Origin: Heptranchias perlo
Taxonomy: Eukaryota
NCBI RefSeq assembly: GCF_035084215.1
Contig: NC_090353.1
Location: 13,082,001 to 13,146,000, forward strand
Length of the DNA: 64,000 nucleotides
Direction of reading: 5' to 3'
Of this stretch, positions 39,602 to 51,365 are shown in pieces. The notes beneath the pieces were generated by a model that did no database searches, was not told the origin of the DNA, and worked only from the letters and a program-made list of their open reading frames with translations. Numbering within the stretch: position 1 is the first letter of the stretch; each line of letters starts with the position of its first letter. The position numbers and the translations under genes are program-made.

Positions 39602-42600
39602 GGGGGCAATTTTAACCCGGAGCAGTTTTCAGCGGGGAGGGGGGGCGTGCAGGGCAAGTGCAAAACGCATTCACTGGCCTAAATTTCAGGCCGGGGGTAT
39701 TTCAACTCCTGGGACTCATTGAGAATTGGCAGGTTTTCCGCCCGATCGCATCGAGACCGGGAAGCCTGCCCACTTCCTGGGCGTAATTTCCGGCGGGACT
39801 CCAGAGGCCTATTTAAAGTGGTAACGTACCTCTTAAAGGGAGGTTGCATTCACTTTACTGATATTGCTGTCTCTTACTGGAAGATGAGTCGGACGCAAGC
39901 CGCCCAGGTTTCCTGAAGCCTCCCTCGATGTCCTGGTGGAAGAGGTGGCGGCAAGAAGGGAAGTTCTCTTTCCCACCAATAGTAGGAAGATACTAAAAAT
40001 GGACGTTCGACAGGCCTGGAGAGAGGTGGCTGAGATTATCGGCTCCAGGAGCATCACCGCCCAGGACCTGGGTTCAATGCGGGAAACAGTCAATGACCTG
40101 ACAAGAGAAGTGAAGGGTGAGTCCAGCTCTTCATTTCTCCAGCTCTCTCAATGACTCCTGGCAGCAGTCCTTCACCCCCCTCCCCCAGCACTCTGAACAA
40201 TTCCCTGCCCTGCATCACATCCTTCACCTAAATTTCAGGCCGGGGGTATTTTAACTCCTGGGACTCATTGACAATTGATTGGCAAGTTTTCCGCCCAATC
40301 GCATCGAGACCGGGAAGCCTGCCCACTTTCTGGGCGTAATTTCCGGCGGGACTTCTGAGGCCTATTTAAAGTGGTAACGCACCTCTTAAAGGGAGGTTGC
40401 ATTCACATACTCTACCCACCTCTCATTCTCAGTCCAAACACACACATACCTCTTGCTTATTGCCGTCACAACAGCATTCTCTTCTCACAGGGTAGCCATT
40501 CCTTCCTCGTGTCACACTCCAGTCACTTGTTTTCCATTCAACACTTCCCCATCCTGCTTCCATCTTCTCCCTCTCAGCATACGTACAACAAGCAGAAGCC
40601 CCACCCATGTGCATGCTCCCTTTCAGTAGCCACTCACTAACTCTCACCCTCTCTTTCTGCAGGAGAAAAAGGCGCATTACACAAGGTAGCGGAGTAAGAC
40701 CTGGGGAGGAACACCCAGCATCCTGGTCCTTTCCGAGCTGGAGCAGGAAGCTATCGACATCAGTGGCCCTTCAAGAGTTGTCCGCATTGGAGATTTTGAG
40801 GCTGGGGGTTATCTGAACGGGGTCTCTATTACTCATGTACCTCAGAAAAACACACATTCAGCCAGCTTGACAACATCAAGCTGCATTGTGAAGCCTGTCA
40901 TCCACTAGTATCCTGTCAGGGCCAGGATAACTCTTGAACCTTTTCTCTTTCCTCTAATTCCTTCTCAGCAGCGAGAGCCTCCAGAAGAACACACCTCAGA
41001 GGAGGACAGTTCTTTTGAGGAGGCACCGTCATGCTCTTCATTCCTCCCAAGCACCAGCACAGCAATTGGCACCCCGGGCGGGTTGGACAGTGAGTCTCAG
41101 GGGTCTGCACTTGGTGACGCGTCCAGTGCGAGTGAGCAGGAACAGACAGTGGTGGCAGGGACAGCCCAAGAGACGGCTCGCCGGAGGGCAAGTTCATCTC
41201 CAGGCTCTGCTGAGGAGAACAGAGATCCGGACTTCAGGGGCCCAGCTATGAAAAGAAAACTGCTTGCCTCACACTAAAAGTTATGCGAAGTATTGGAAAG
41301 CCTACCAAGGAGTTCCAGCACCCATGGCTGAAAGTATGAAGGAGACCACTTCCTCTCACACATGTCCTCTCGCACATTATCACCACTCAAACAGTTGCCA
41401 TCTAACCTCTGGGCTCCACCTTGGAGCTACTGGTGGACTGAATAGATGGGGACTATCAAAGCATCAATCATTTCCTGCAGTACGCTCTCCTGCAGATCAG
41501 TGGGACTGATGAGCCTTAGCCCCATGGGAGCCACGGTGGCGCAAATGGAGCGGTACGTGTTACCCTTTCTCAGGATGGCAGCAGGTCTGCTCCCTCACCC
41601 ACCCCCCTCCCTTTTCCCCTCAACCAATACCTGCCATGGTGCCAGAAAGCCAGATGGGCCAGACTGTCTCGGCTGCAGACAAAGTGCTGCAGTGCGCAGC
41701 CGGGACCTCACAGGCTCCAGCTCCCAGGAGTCGCCAGCCACATGAGCAAAAGCAGCCTTCCACCCTCTGCTGGAGCCCCCGGGGAAGCACCTCGTAGGAG
41801 TAGCAGAGTTCGTAAACCTTTTAAGAAAGGCGCTATGGTTTGACACTTTGGTGAGAGATTAATTCAAGGCAATTATTGTGTTTGATTGTAAAATAATCAC
41901 CTTTACCACATTTGGCACTTTGGTCCGCAGTGTATTTTCATAGCAGCTTCTGAATCCGAATTGTCAGAATGTCATTCATACAAAAGTTAGCTGAATGGTT
42001 TCAATGTTCTCTACTGCAGGATTAAGAGAGTGGTGAAGGGGGTAACAAGGACTGTTAATGCAGAGGGTCTTTGTGTAACTTTTCAAGGGATGGCTCTTTC
42101 TGTTGCTCTGCTTCTTCCAGCTGCAGTCCCCTGTTTATTGCCATGTTGTGCAACATGCAGCACACTACAAAGATGCAACTGACTTTGTGTGGGGCATATG
42201 GTAGGGAGCCCCCAGACCCATCTAGCCACCTGAACCTTTGCTTCAATAGCCCATAGTGTGCTCAGTGATATTCCTGGTGGTCCCATGGCCGTGACTGTAC
42301 CTGAGCTGTTCAGCTGTGGAGGGATTGCGGAGATGTGTCATCAGCCATGTGTACGTGAGATATTCTTGTCCCTAACCAGCCATCCTCTTACTTTCCTGGA
42401 AGGGTGGACTAGCAAGGGGATGGATGAATGTTGCAGGATGAAAGCTGCCTGCGAAACTGGCCCAGACTTGCAAAATTCTTCTGCAGTGCAAAAAATGGCA
42501 CCCATGATAAGCTGTGAGAGCTTCATCGGGGGAGTAAGGCAAAAAAAAAGTCGGACATAAGCAATTGCCAAGTTTAAAAATCCCTTGGGAAACCACTAAG

Positions 42601-42952
42601 CAAAACAGCACACAGATCTCTACAAGCTGAGTGCCCCTTTAAATAGTGCTGCCAATGTATCAGTCAGTGCCTAACACCAATCATGTGAGGTTTTACTCAG
42701 TGGTTTGGCCGATGGGCGGGGCTTCTGACATACCCAGTTAAAATCGTGTTGGGGTCCTAACGACATCATAGGACTCCAATTTGCATGGATTGATGAAGCA
42801 CCCACTTGCTCCCAGCGGGCGCCTAATTGAAGAGAGCAGTTAAAATGGCGGCCAGCTCGATTACTGAGGGTCCAGTGTGGTAAGTCAAAACCAGTCATTT
42901 TAACAGCCCCTCCTGCCCCATTCCCACCAGGTGGGTTTGGTTAAAATCGACT
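39602..42952. mobile_element. Second PIF/Harbinger relic: intron-containing Myb/SANT gene (+) and transposase C-terminal fragment (-, ~42055-42400)
   Basis: The + strand reads LDVLVEEVAARREVLFP...RQAWREVAE...VNDLTREVK|GTGAGT, with acceptors at ~40662 and ~40968. The - strand reads KQRFRWLDGSGGSLPYAPHKVSCIFVVCCMLHNMAI (HARBI1-like C-terminus). The ends are GGGGGCAATTTTAACC ... GGTTAAAATCG. Confidence 0.85.
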
Positions 42953-44157
42953 GTGTTCTGTTTTTTATTTTACTCACCGTGGTAACTGATGTAATGGAAT
43001 ACATCGGGCTCCCATGTCAGCATTAAGGTCAGGTGGCACACAGCTGCCCGCACTCTGCCCCAGCAGTACATGTCAGCCCCAGAAGAGTGCCCCCAGACCA
43101 GTCTGACTCTTTGCAATGCTGTGGTGACTGAGTGAGATTGCCAGTTTAGTGCCAATTCAGGAACTTGCCCACTAGAAATTCAATTCAGACTGCTCTAGAC
43201 ATGTAGAAGCCCTGCAGCCAGAGAGAAGAGACTTTCAGCCACTTTGGGCTGGTTTGAACCCAAGTCCCAGAGGTGTAAGGTCATTATCCAATCCAATTCC
43301 CTTGCCCCTTCCTGTTTTTTGTTGCAGATTTATGGCGTTTTCAAACTTGAGAAAACATTGTTTGTGATTCTGATTGCTGAGCTGCCAGCGATGGAATAGG
43401 GCTGGTGATGAGTGGGTTTTGCATCGTATTATTGATATGATCTATGTATCTGTAGGAAATATGTCGATACGATTGTATAATACAGAGTCATTTGTACTTG
43501 TTCCTGTTCTGTGTGATGTCTGTACAGTATCTTCCAATGGTATCATAATAGGTACAGCACAGAAGGAGGCCATTCGGCCCACCATGCCTGCTCTTCAACA
43601 GAGCTATCCAATTAGTCCCATTCCCCTGCTCTCTCCCCTTAGCCCTGTCATTTTTTTTCCTGTGTCCTGACGTTTATTTTAATTTTGAAATAGTTACAGA
43701 CAGATTACCTCAAAGGAGAAATCATCCTTCTGTATAGGGAAATACTGACTAAAGCTGATCAAATATCACTTAAAAAGTCCTGATTTCAAGTCAAATAATC
43801 TAGTTTTTCCTTCAACATCCCTCCTGAGCTGAGTTTCAGGGCAATTCCTTCTCTTTCACTTGCTTTCCAGTTTAAAAACAAGCTTGGGGGATGCTATACA
43901 GGGATAAAGCGAGCAAATGGGTCCTATTAAAGTTATAAGACCTTAAAGTTTTAGTGCAACTATCAGTACTGTAGTCTTCTGTTTGTTTTTTCTTGCACGG
44001 AAGTGCCTGCCTCCACTTGGCAATTGTCTAGAATGGAGGTGAGAAGTGAGGAGCTCAGCATGTGGGGTATTGTCAGCACAGAGGTGTGTCTCACCAAGGT
44101 GCACAAATGTAAGGAATCTTACAACACCAGGTTATAGTCCAACAGTTTTATTTGAAA

Positions 44158-44195
44158 ATCACAAGCTTTCGGAGGCTTTCTCCTTCGTCAGGTGA
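44158..44195 (-). ncRNA. Minimal type I hammerhead ribozyme-like motif with intact core
   Basis: The minus strand reads UCAC-CUGACGA-A-GGAG(AAAGC)CUCC-GAAA-GC-U-U-GUGA. The + strand twin at 45609-45645 has GAAA changed to AAAA (45634). Confidence 0.6.
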
Positions 44196-44743
44196 GTGTG
44201 GGATTCCTTGAAAGTTACCGCATATAAAGTCAGAGAACAATGCCTGGTGATTACAGATAATCTTTTCAACTGCCCGTTATCAAGGCCATCAAATGAATTG
44301 AATAGTGTTCAGACAGAGAAACATTAGATACCAGACTACTGAATATACAAACGGCCAGAACCAAAGACAGAGAGGGAGAGAGAGAGAGAAACATCCGAAA
44401 GGAAGAGAAAGAGAGAGAATGACCAGTTGTATTAAAAACAGATAACTTTTTTTTCCGCTGGTGGGGTTACGTGTAGTGTGACATGAACCCAAGATCCCGG
44501 TTGAGGCCGTCCTCATGGGTGCAGAACTTGGCTATCAATTTCTGCTCGACGATTTTGCGTTGTCTTGTGTCTCGAAGGCCGCCTTGGAGAACGCTTACCC
44601 GAAGATCGGTGGCTGAATGTCCTTGACTGCTGAAGTGTTCCCGACTGGGAGGGAACCCTCCTGTCTCCGCTCCGGGGAAGTACTGGACGACGAAGGGTAC
44701 TCTGTTGGTTGCGTCCCGTGTTTGTCTTCTGAGGAGGTCTATG

Positions 44744-45337
44744 CACCATGTTCTCCGCAGCCTTCAACATGTCATCGATGACGACGAACACCTCGCTAAG
44801 GCCATCCCCACGCCTCCACTACACGCCTTCAAACAGCCACCCAACCTCAAACAGACCATCGTTTGCAGCAAATTACCCAGCTTTCAGGAGAACAGCGTCC
44901 ACGACACCACACAACCCTGCCACGGCAACCTCTGCAAGACATGCCAGATCATCGACACAGATACCACCATCACACGAGAGGACACCACCCACCAGGTACA
45001 TGGTTCATACTCCTGTGACTCGGCCAACGTTGTCTACCTCGTACGTTGCAGGAAAGGATGCCCCGGAGCATGGTACATCGGCGAGACCATGCAGACACTG
45101 CGACAACGGATGAACGGACACCGCGCAACAATCGCCAGACAGGAGGGTTCCCTCCCAGTCGGGGAACACTTCAGCAGTCAAGGACATTCAGCCACCGATC
45201 TTCGGGTAAGTGTTCTCCAAGGCGGCCTTCGAGACACAAGACAACGTAAAATCGTCGAGCAGAAATTGATAGCCAAGTTCCGCACCCATGAGGACGGCCT
45301 CAACCGGGATCTTGAGTTCATGTCGCACTACACGTAA
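44744..45337 (+). pseudogene. Penelope ORF C-terminus: RT linker plus GIY-YIG endonuclease
   Basis: AFKQPPNLKQTIV, PCHGNLCKTC, SCDSANVVYLVRCRKGCPGAWYIGET, RMNGHR, VGEHF and GLN are standard Penelope endonuclease motifs; the frame is uninterrupted. Confidence 0.9.
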
Positions 45338-46167
45338 CCCCACCAGTGGAAAAAAAAGTTATCTGTTTTTAATACAACTGGTCATTCTCTCTCTTTCTCT
45401 TCCTTTCGGATGTTTCTCTCTCTCTCTCCCTCTCTGTCTTTGGTTCTGGCCGTTTGTATATTCAGTAGTCTTGTATCTAATGTTTCTCTGTCTGAACACT
45501 ATTCAATTCATTTGATGGCCTTGATAACGGGCAGTTGGAAAGATTATCTGTAATCACCAGGCATTGTTCTGTGACTATATATGTGGTAATTTTCAAGGAA
45601 CCCGACACTCACCTGACGAAGGAGAAAGCCTCCAAAAGCTTGTGATTTTCAAATAAAACTGTTGGACTATAACCTGGTGTTGTAAGATTCCTTACATTTG
45701 TACACCCCAGTCCATCACCGGCATCTCCACATCATCACCAAGGTGCAGCATTCCTGAACGGAGGCCTCATGTTAGACTCTGTATGAGATTGTAGCCCACA
45801 ACAAAACATTAGTGAGCAGCTTGGGTCTGCACTTTAACCAAGCCCAATCTATTGCTGTGTACAGCGAGCCAATTGTTTACTTGTCAATAGAGGCCACCAC
45901 ACAGAAGGACGATTCACTGATAGTTTAAATTTCCAAAATCTCTCATATTTCCATGGATCAGCCTTCAGATTCACAGGGTCAGTCATTGGTCAGTGAGCCT
46001 TCAATGGACGGAATCAAAGCCTGACCGTTTACCAATGTTTTTGAATATCTCAGACTACGTCAGCTCTGCTCATTCAAACTTCAGTCATTTCGGAGCTGCA
46101 TTGGGACCCTCTGGCAATTCAAGTTCAACAGTCTTAGGATCTCCGCATCTACTTGAGATTGCATATC

Positions 46168-46241
46168 TCACATTTCTTTTGTAGGTCGATAGTTCTCACC
46201 AGCTTTATTTCTATATTTCACATTGATGTACACGGGCTGCT
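46168..46241 (-). CDS. TMIGD2: Cytoplasmic exon of the TMIGD2-like receptor: (E)QPVYINVKYRNKAGENYRPTKEM*
   Basis: Strong acceptor tctttctctttttacag|AG, phase 1, in frame with the TM exon. Y-x-N-V-x-Y-R matches the human TMIGD2 tail motif (FYSNVLYR) as recalled. It is too short for the ORF track. An internal G|GTGAG donor at 46199 may be used instead of the stop. Confidence 0.7.
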
Positions 46242-47569
46242 CTGTAAAAAGAGAAAGATGCAGATTACTCTAGTTCTGACACAAAGAAATACAGTTGAGC
46301 TCTTTCCTGACGGACTGTACAAGATTGGTTTCTTTTTTAATTGAGAAGCTTCTGTGAAGGGTCAAGGTCCATCATGCACGACACAACCAAGGGTGAAAAG
46401 GGTGGGAGAGAAGATGAGATTAAACAGTGGTTATGTGACACCAAGTTTGGGTTTTAAAAGCCTGGAGATTGTAGGAAGAAGGAAAGACTGAAGAAGTTCC
46501 ACAGTTTTGGGAGAAAATGAGTAAGAGTAGGAGGTGATGCAATAAATCTTGAATTCAACACAATGGGAACATAGAGAGGAGGAAAACTGTGTAGGACAGG
46601 ATAGTTGGAGCTGAGGAGGGACAAGAGAAGGAAGTTCAGAGGAGCAATGACCATACTAGGATTGATAAAATGAAAAGAGAGGTTGGATTGTCTATCAGGC
46701 AAGAAGATTGTTCATGTATGCTGCCCAGGAATGTAAGAGAGTCATTAGTAGAGTTTTCCAGTTACAGCAGCCGTGGAAGAACTTGGGCTTTATAGAGGTT
46801 TAGAATTGTTGAGATCACCGAGTGTCAATTAGGTTTGCTTTTGCTGCTGATGAAAATTTCTCAAAAACCTGAATATCTTCCGTAACAAACATTTCCACAT
46901 TATGACAGACAGAGAAAGTGGGGAAAAACGAGTCATTTTTAAAATTAAGCTTTTGATAGAAAGCTTTTCTTGTGCTTATAATGTCCCTAAGTGCTTTACT
47001 ACCAATTTGAAGTGTATTCATTGTTGTTATGTAGGGAAACGTACATAACAGCCAATTTGTGCAATGTATGGTCCCACAAACTGCAAATGAGCTGAATGGT
47101 CTGATAATCTATTTTTGGTGGAGGGAGCAATGTAGGCCATGGGATCTTTTACATTCACCTGAACAGGCCAACAATTTAACATCTTATCTGAGAGACGGCA
47201 CCTCCAATGATGCAGCACTCCCTCACAACTTTTACATCATTTTACATAGGTTATTGTGTGAGTGTTTGCAAAGCCTTGCTTGTGGAAAGCACAGGTTGGA
47301 AAATTGAGGATATAATATTATAGCTGTTTCTCCAACCCATACTTATCAGTAGCACAGCCTCACAAAATTACCCCTTTGGTGTCCAGCTTGCATCTTAGAA
47401 GTTTCCTGAAGGCCTGCTCAAAAGACCAGTCCCCAAATCATATGGGTGGCAGCCATGGTTAGCAACAAGGCTGCACTGAGAACAGGGCATTGCGTTGGAA
47501 CTGCAGAAGCCACTTTATGGTATAAGAGGATTAACAATAATCAACAATTCTACTTTTTATGGTAATCAT

Positions 47570-49125
47570 AAAATCACAAAATAATTACAAATGAGGAAGA
47601 CCATATAGTGCATAATAGTTCATCTATCCAAGAGCACTCTGCAGTCCCCCATTGCAGCATCCAATTGTTTCCTAAATGCATCCAGGGTTTTTGCCTCTAC
47701 TCCTCTGCTCAGAAGTCCAAGTGTTGATCACTCTCTCCATGAAGAAGAAAGTCCTAAAGTTACCTTTCACTAGTTTGTACCTATGTCCCCTTTCTTACTC
47801 TTACAATTTAATTTAAATGAATATTCTGGATTTACCTTTTCCATACCATTTCCTATCTTATAAATCTCCGTAATATTTTTTTTTATTCATTCATTCATGG
47901 GATGTGGGCATCACTGGCAAGGCCAGCATTTATTGCCCATCCCTAATTGCCTTTGAGAAGGTGGTGATGGGCAATAAATGCTGGCCTTGCCAGTGACGCC
48001 CACATCCCATGAATGAATGAATGAATAAAAAAAATTCTTCTTTCTTGAACCACTGTAGTCCGTGTGATGATATCTCCTTTCTGTCAACCCTCAGATGTCT
48101 CCTTTCCAGGCTGAAAAGCCTGAGTCTCATAACTCAGACCCCTGACGCCAGAGATCAACCTTGCGGTTCTTCTCCGCACAGCCTCCAGCACTTGAATATC
48201 ACCCTTGTGTCTTGGTGACCAGAACAAGATATAATACTCAAGGTGCGGTCTGATTGTACAGTTTGGTCACAACTTTCTCTGGCTTATATTCAACTGATTT
48301 AGCTGTGTAGTTTAACATTCTATTGGCTTTGTTTTTACTGCTCTGCATTGTTTAGCATCGAATCTACTAAGACCTCTCGGTGTCTTTCCACTTCATTCTT
48401 AGCTTTTCAACAGTGTTCACAGAATATGTATGTTGCTTATTTTTCCATCCTACATACAGTACTTTACACTTGTCTTCCTCAGGTTTCATCTGCCTTTGTT
48501 CTGCCCACATGCTTATTTTGTTTAACTCACTTTGTAATTTCTGAGCTGCTTCATTCAATCACACTGCCCCTTCCAGTTTGGTATCATATGAAAATTTGAC
48601 CACTTTTTCATAGCGTTTCTGAGTCCAGGTTATTTATATAAATGAGAAACAACAGTGGTCTCAACACTGAGCCCTGGGGCACCCCACCAAGTATCCTCCA
48701 CCCGCCCCCTCCATACCCCAACATAACTCCTTTAACGCATATTCATTGCTTTCTATCCTTCAGTCTGTTATTCATCCATTCCCAGGGTTTTCTGGCAGGA
48801 TCTTCCCCTTCTGAATCCCTGTTGGCTACTGTTTACTAAGTTATTATTATACAGCTACTCCTCAATGATATCGCTGATAATTGAGTCCATTTTTTTCACA
48901 CAAAATGAAGGTGAGACGAATGGGTTTGTAGTTGCCTGAATCTAGTTTGACACTCTTTTTGAATATGGGCATCACATTGGCCTGTTTCCAATCTACTGCT
49001 ACCTCCCCACTTCCCCCAGTGACTCCCTTGCAATGATTATCAGTGCCTCACAAATCTCCTCCCTACTTTCTTTCAGCATTCTGGAATAAATACCATCTCT
49101 CCCCAGTGATTTGTTTATTTTGAGC
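47570..49125 (-). mobile_element. Old degenerate CR1 LINE RT fragment with a nested LINE-tail foldback at 47876-48070
   Basis: Minus-strand remnants of GVPQGSVL.PLLF (48645-48690) and LQSELNKISMWAEQRQMK..KCKVL. Confidence 0.7.
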
Positions 49126-49219
49126 CTTTTAGCCTTTCCAGTACTTCCATCTCATTTGCATCAAAGTCATACATTTACTTTGGTTATCTCTGTTTTAACC
49201 CAACCCAGGCCCTCCTTAC

Positions 49220-49324
49220 CTTTTTTAAATGTAATGAATCTTCGAGCCAAAAAGAAAGTGGTGACTGACACAACCAATGCGATAGACGACACACAGCTAA
49301 TTAGGATCCATTTTGTTGAGTCTA
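49220..49324 (-). CDS. TMIGD2: Transmembrane exon of the TMIGD2-like receptor: (V)DSTKWILISCVSSIALVVSVTTFFLARRFITFKK
   Basis: 105-nt phase-1/phase-1 exon (acceptor tttgttctgttcag|TA, donor AAAG|GTAAG). It encodes about 22 uncharged hydrophobic residues followed by an RR stop-transfer, in frame with the IgV exon. Confidence 0.75.
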
Positions 49325-49685
49325 CTGAACAGAACAAAGTAATCGGGTCACCATTCACTGTCACCATTTGCAATGCATTATTGGCTGTCCCTACAGACAA
49401 ATACATGACAATACAGAATTATAATGTACCCAGTTTAATCAAAACCAGTGAATCGTGTTCTTTTGCTAATTTTCTCCCCTCTTTTTCTCATGGCACTGAA
49501 TCATGCTAGGATACAGTTCCACAGGCACAAGCAATCCTTAAGGACTTCACCTGTGACCATTCTGCATGCGTGAGCCTGGACAGCAAGTAAATTCATTCAC
49601 TTGAATCTGTGAACTGCTTATAACTGGCAAGTCATCCCATCTTATGGAGAGGAGAATTACATAGAATTTACAGCACAGAAGTAGG

Positions 49686-51365
49686 CATGGATGTTAGGGA
49701 ACTTGGGGAAATAAATAGTGATGTCTTGAGGAGTGTACATATTACAGAGAGGGAGGTGCTGGAAGTCTTAACGCGCATCAAGGTAGATAAATCTCTGGGA
49801 CCTGATGAAATGTATCCCAGGACGTTATGGGTGGTTAGGGAGGAAATTGCGGGTCCCCTAGCAGAGATATTTCAATCATCGACAGCTACAGGTGAGGTGC
49901 CTGAAGATTGGAGGGTAGCAAATGTTGTGCCTTTGTTTAAGAAGGGCGGCAGGGAAAAGCCTGGGAACTACAGCCTGGGAGCCTGACATCTGTAGTGGGT
50001 AAGTTGTTAGAGGGTATTCTGAGAGACAGGATTTACAGGCATTTGGAGAGGCAGGGACTGATTAGGAACAGTCAGCATGGTTTTGTGAGAGGAAAATCAT
50101 GTCTCACGAATTTGATTGAGTTTTTTGAAGGGGTAACCAAGAAGATAGATGAGGGCTGTGCAGTAGATGTGGTCTACATGGACTTTAGCAAAGCCTTTGA
50201 CAAGGTACCGCATGGTAGGTTGTTACATAAGGTTAAATCTCACGGGATCCAAGGTGAGGTAGCCAATTGGATACAAAATTTGATTGACGACAGAAGATAG
50301 AGGATGGTTGTAGAGGGTTGTTTTTCAAACTGGAGGCCTGTGACCAGCGGTGTGCCTCAGGGATCGGTGCTGGGTCCGCTGTTATTTGTTATTTATATTA
50401 ATGATTTGGATGAGAATTTAGGAGGCATGGTTAGTAAGTTTGCAGATGACACCAAGATTGGTGGCATTGTGGACAGTGAAGAAGGTTATCTAGGATTGCA
50501 ACGGGATCTTGATAAATTGGGCCAGTGGGCCGATGAATGGCAGATGGAGTTTAATTCAGATAAATGTAAGGTGATGCATTTTGGTAGATCGAATCGGGCC
50601 AGGACCTACTCCGTTAATGGTAGGGCATTGGGGAGAGTTATAGAACAAAGAGATCTAGGAGTACAGGTTCATAGCTCCTTGAAAGTGGAGTCACAGGTGG
50701 ATAGGGTGGTGAAGAAGGCATTCAGCATGCTTGGTGTCATTGGTCAGAACATTGAATACAGGAGTTGGGCTGTCTTGTTGAAGTTGTACAAGACATTAGT
50801 AAGGCCACACTTGGAATACTGTGTACAGTTCTGGTAACCCTATTATAGAAAGGATATTATTAAACTAGAAAGAGTGCAGAAAAGATTTACTAGGATGCTA
50901 CTGGGACTTGATGGTTTGACTTATAGGGAGAGGTTGGATAGACTGAGACTTTTTTCCCTGGAGAGTAGGAGGTTTAGGGGTGATCTTATAGAAGTCTATA
51001 AAATAATGAGGGGCATAGATAAGGTAGATAGTCAAAATCTTTTCCCAAAGGTAGGGGAGTCTATAACGAGGGGGCATAGATTTAAGGTGAGAGGGGAGAG
51101 ATACAAAAGGGTCCAGAGGGGCAATCTTTTCACTCAAAGGGTGGTGAGTGTCTGGAACGAGCTGCCAGAGGCAGTAGTAGAGGCGGGTACAATTTTGTCT
51201 TTTAAAAAGCATTTGGACAGTTACATGGGTAAGATGGGTATAGAGGGATATGGGCCAAGTGCAGGCAATTGGGACTAGCTTAGTGGTATAAACTGGGCGA
51301 CATGGACATGTTGGGCCGAAGGGCCTGTTTCCATGTTGTAAACTTCTATGATTCTATGATTCTAT
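49686..51365 (+). mobile_element. Young 5'-truncated CR1 LINE (RT domain to 3' end), disrupted by a frameshift and two stops
   Basis: Contains DWRVANVVPLFKKG, QHGF..SCLTNL, DFSKAFDKV, GVPQGSVLGPLLF, FADD and RPHLEYCVQFW, and ends in (ATTCTATG)n. Confidence 0.95.

Larger units (their letters stand above)
44104..45734 (+). mobile_element. 5'-truncated Penelope-like retroelement with an inverted pseudo-LTR arm (44104-44666 vs ~45137-45700)
   Basis: Contains a GIY-YIG endonuclease ORF, ~560-bp inverted arms, a 13-bp TSD TCACCAAGGTGCA (44091-44103, 45735-45747) and hammerhead motifs in both arms. Confidence 0.92.

Noticed and set aside
36511-42400. Host genes HARBI1, NAIF1 or MSANTD
   Set aside because: The fragments carry frameshifts and stops and lie within TIR-bounded elements, so they are transposon relics rather than domesticated genes.
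43442-43535. Minus-strand reading EDTVQTSHRTGTSTNDSVLYNRIDIFPTDT* with an ITIM-like VLYNRI, as a possible alternative last exon
   Set aside because: No convincing splice acceptor; the upstream sequence is a CR1 tail. It is probably chance and worth revisiting only if the 46199 donor is used.
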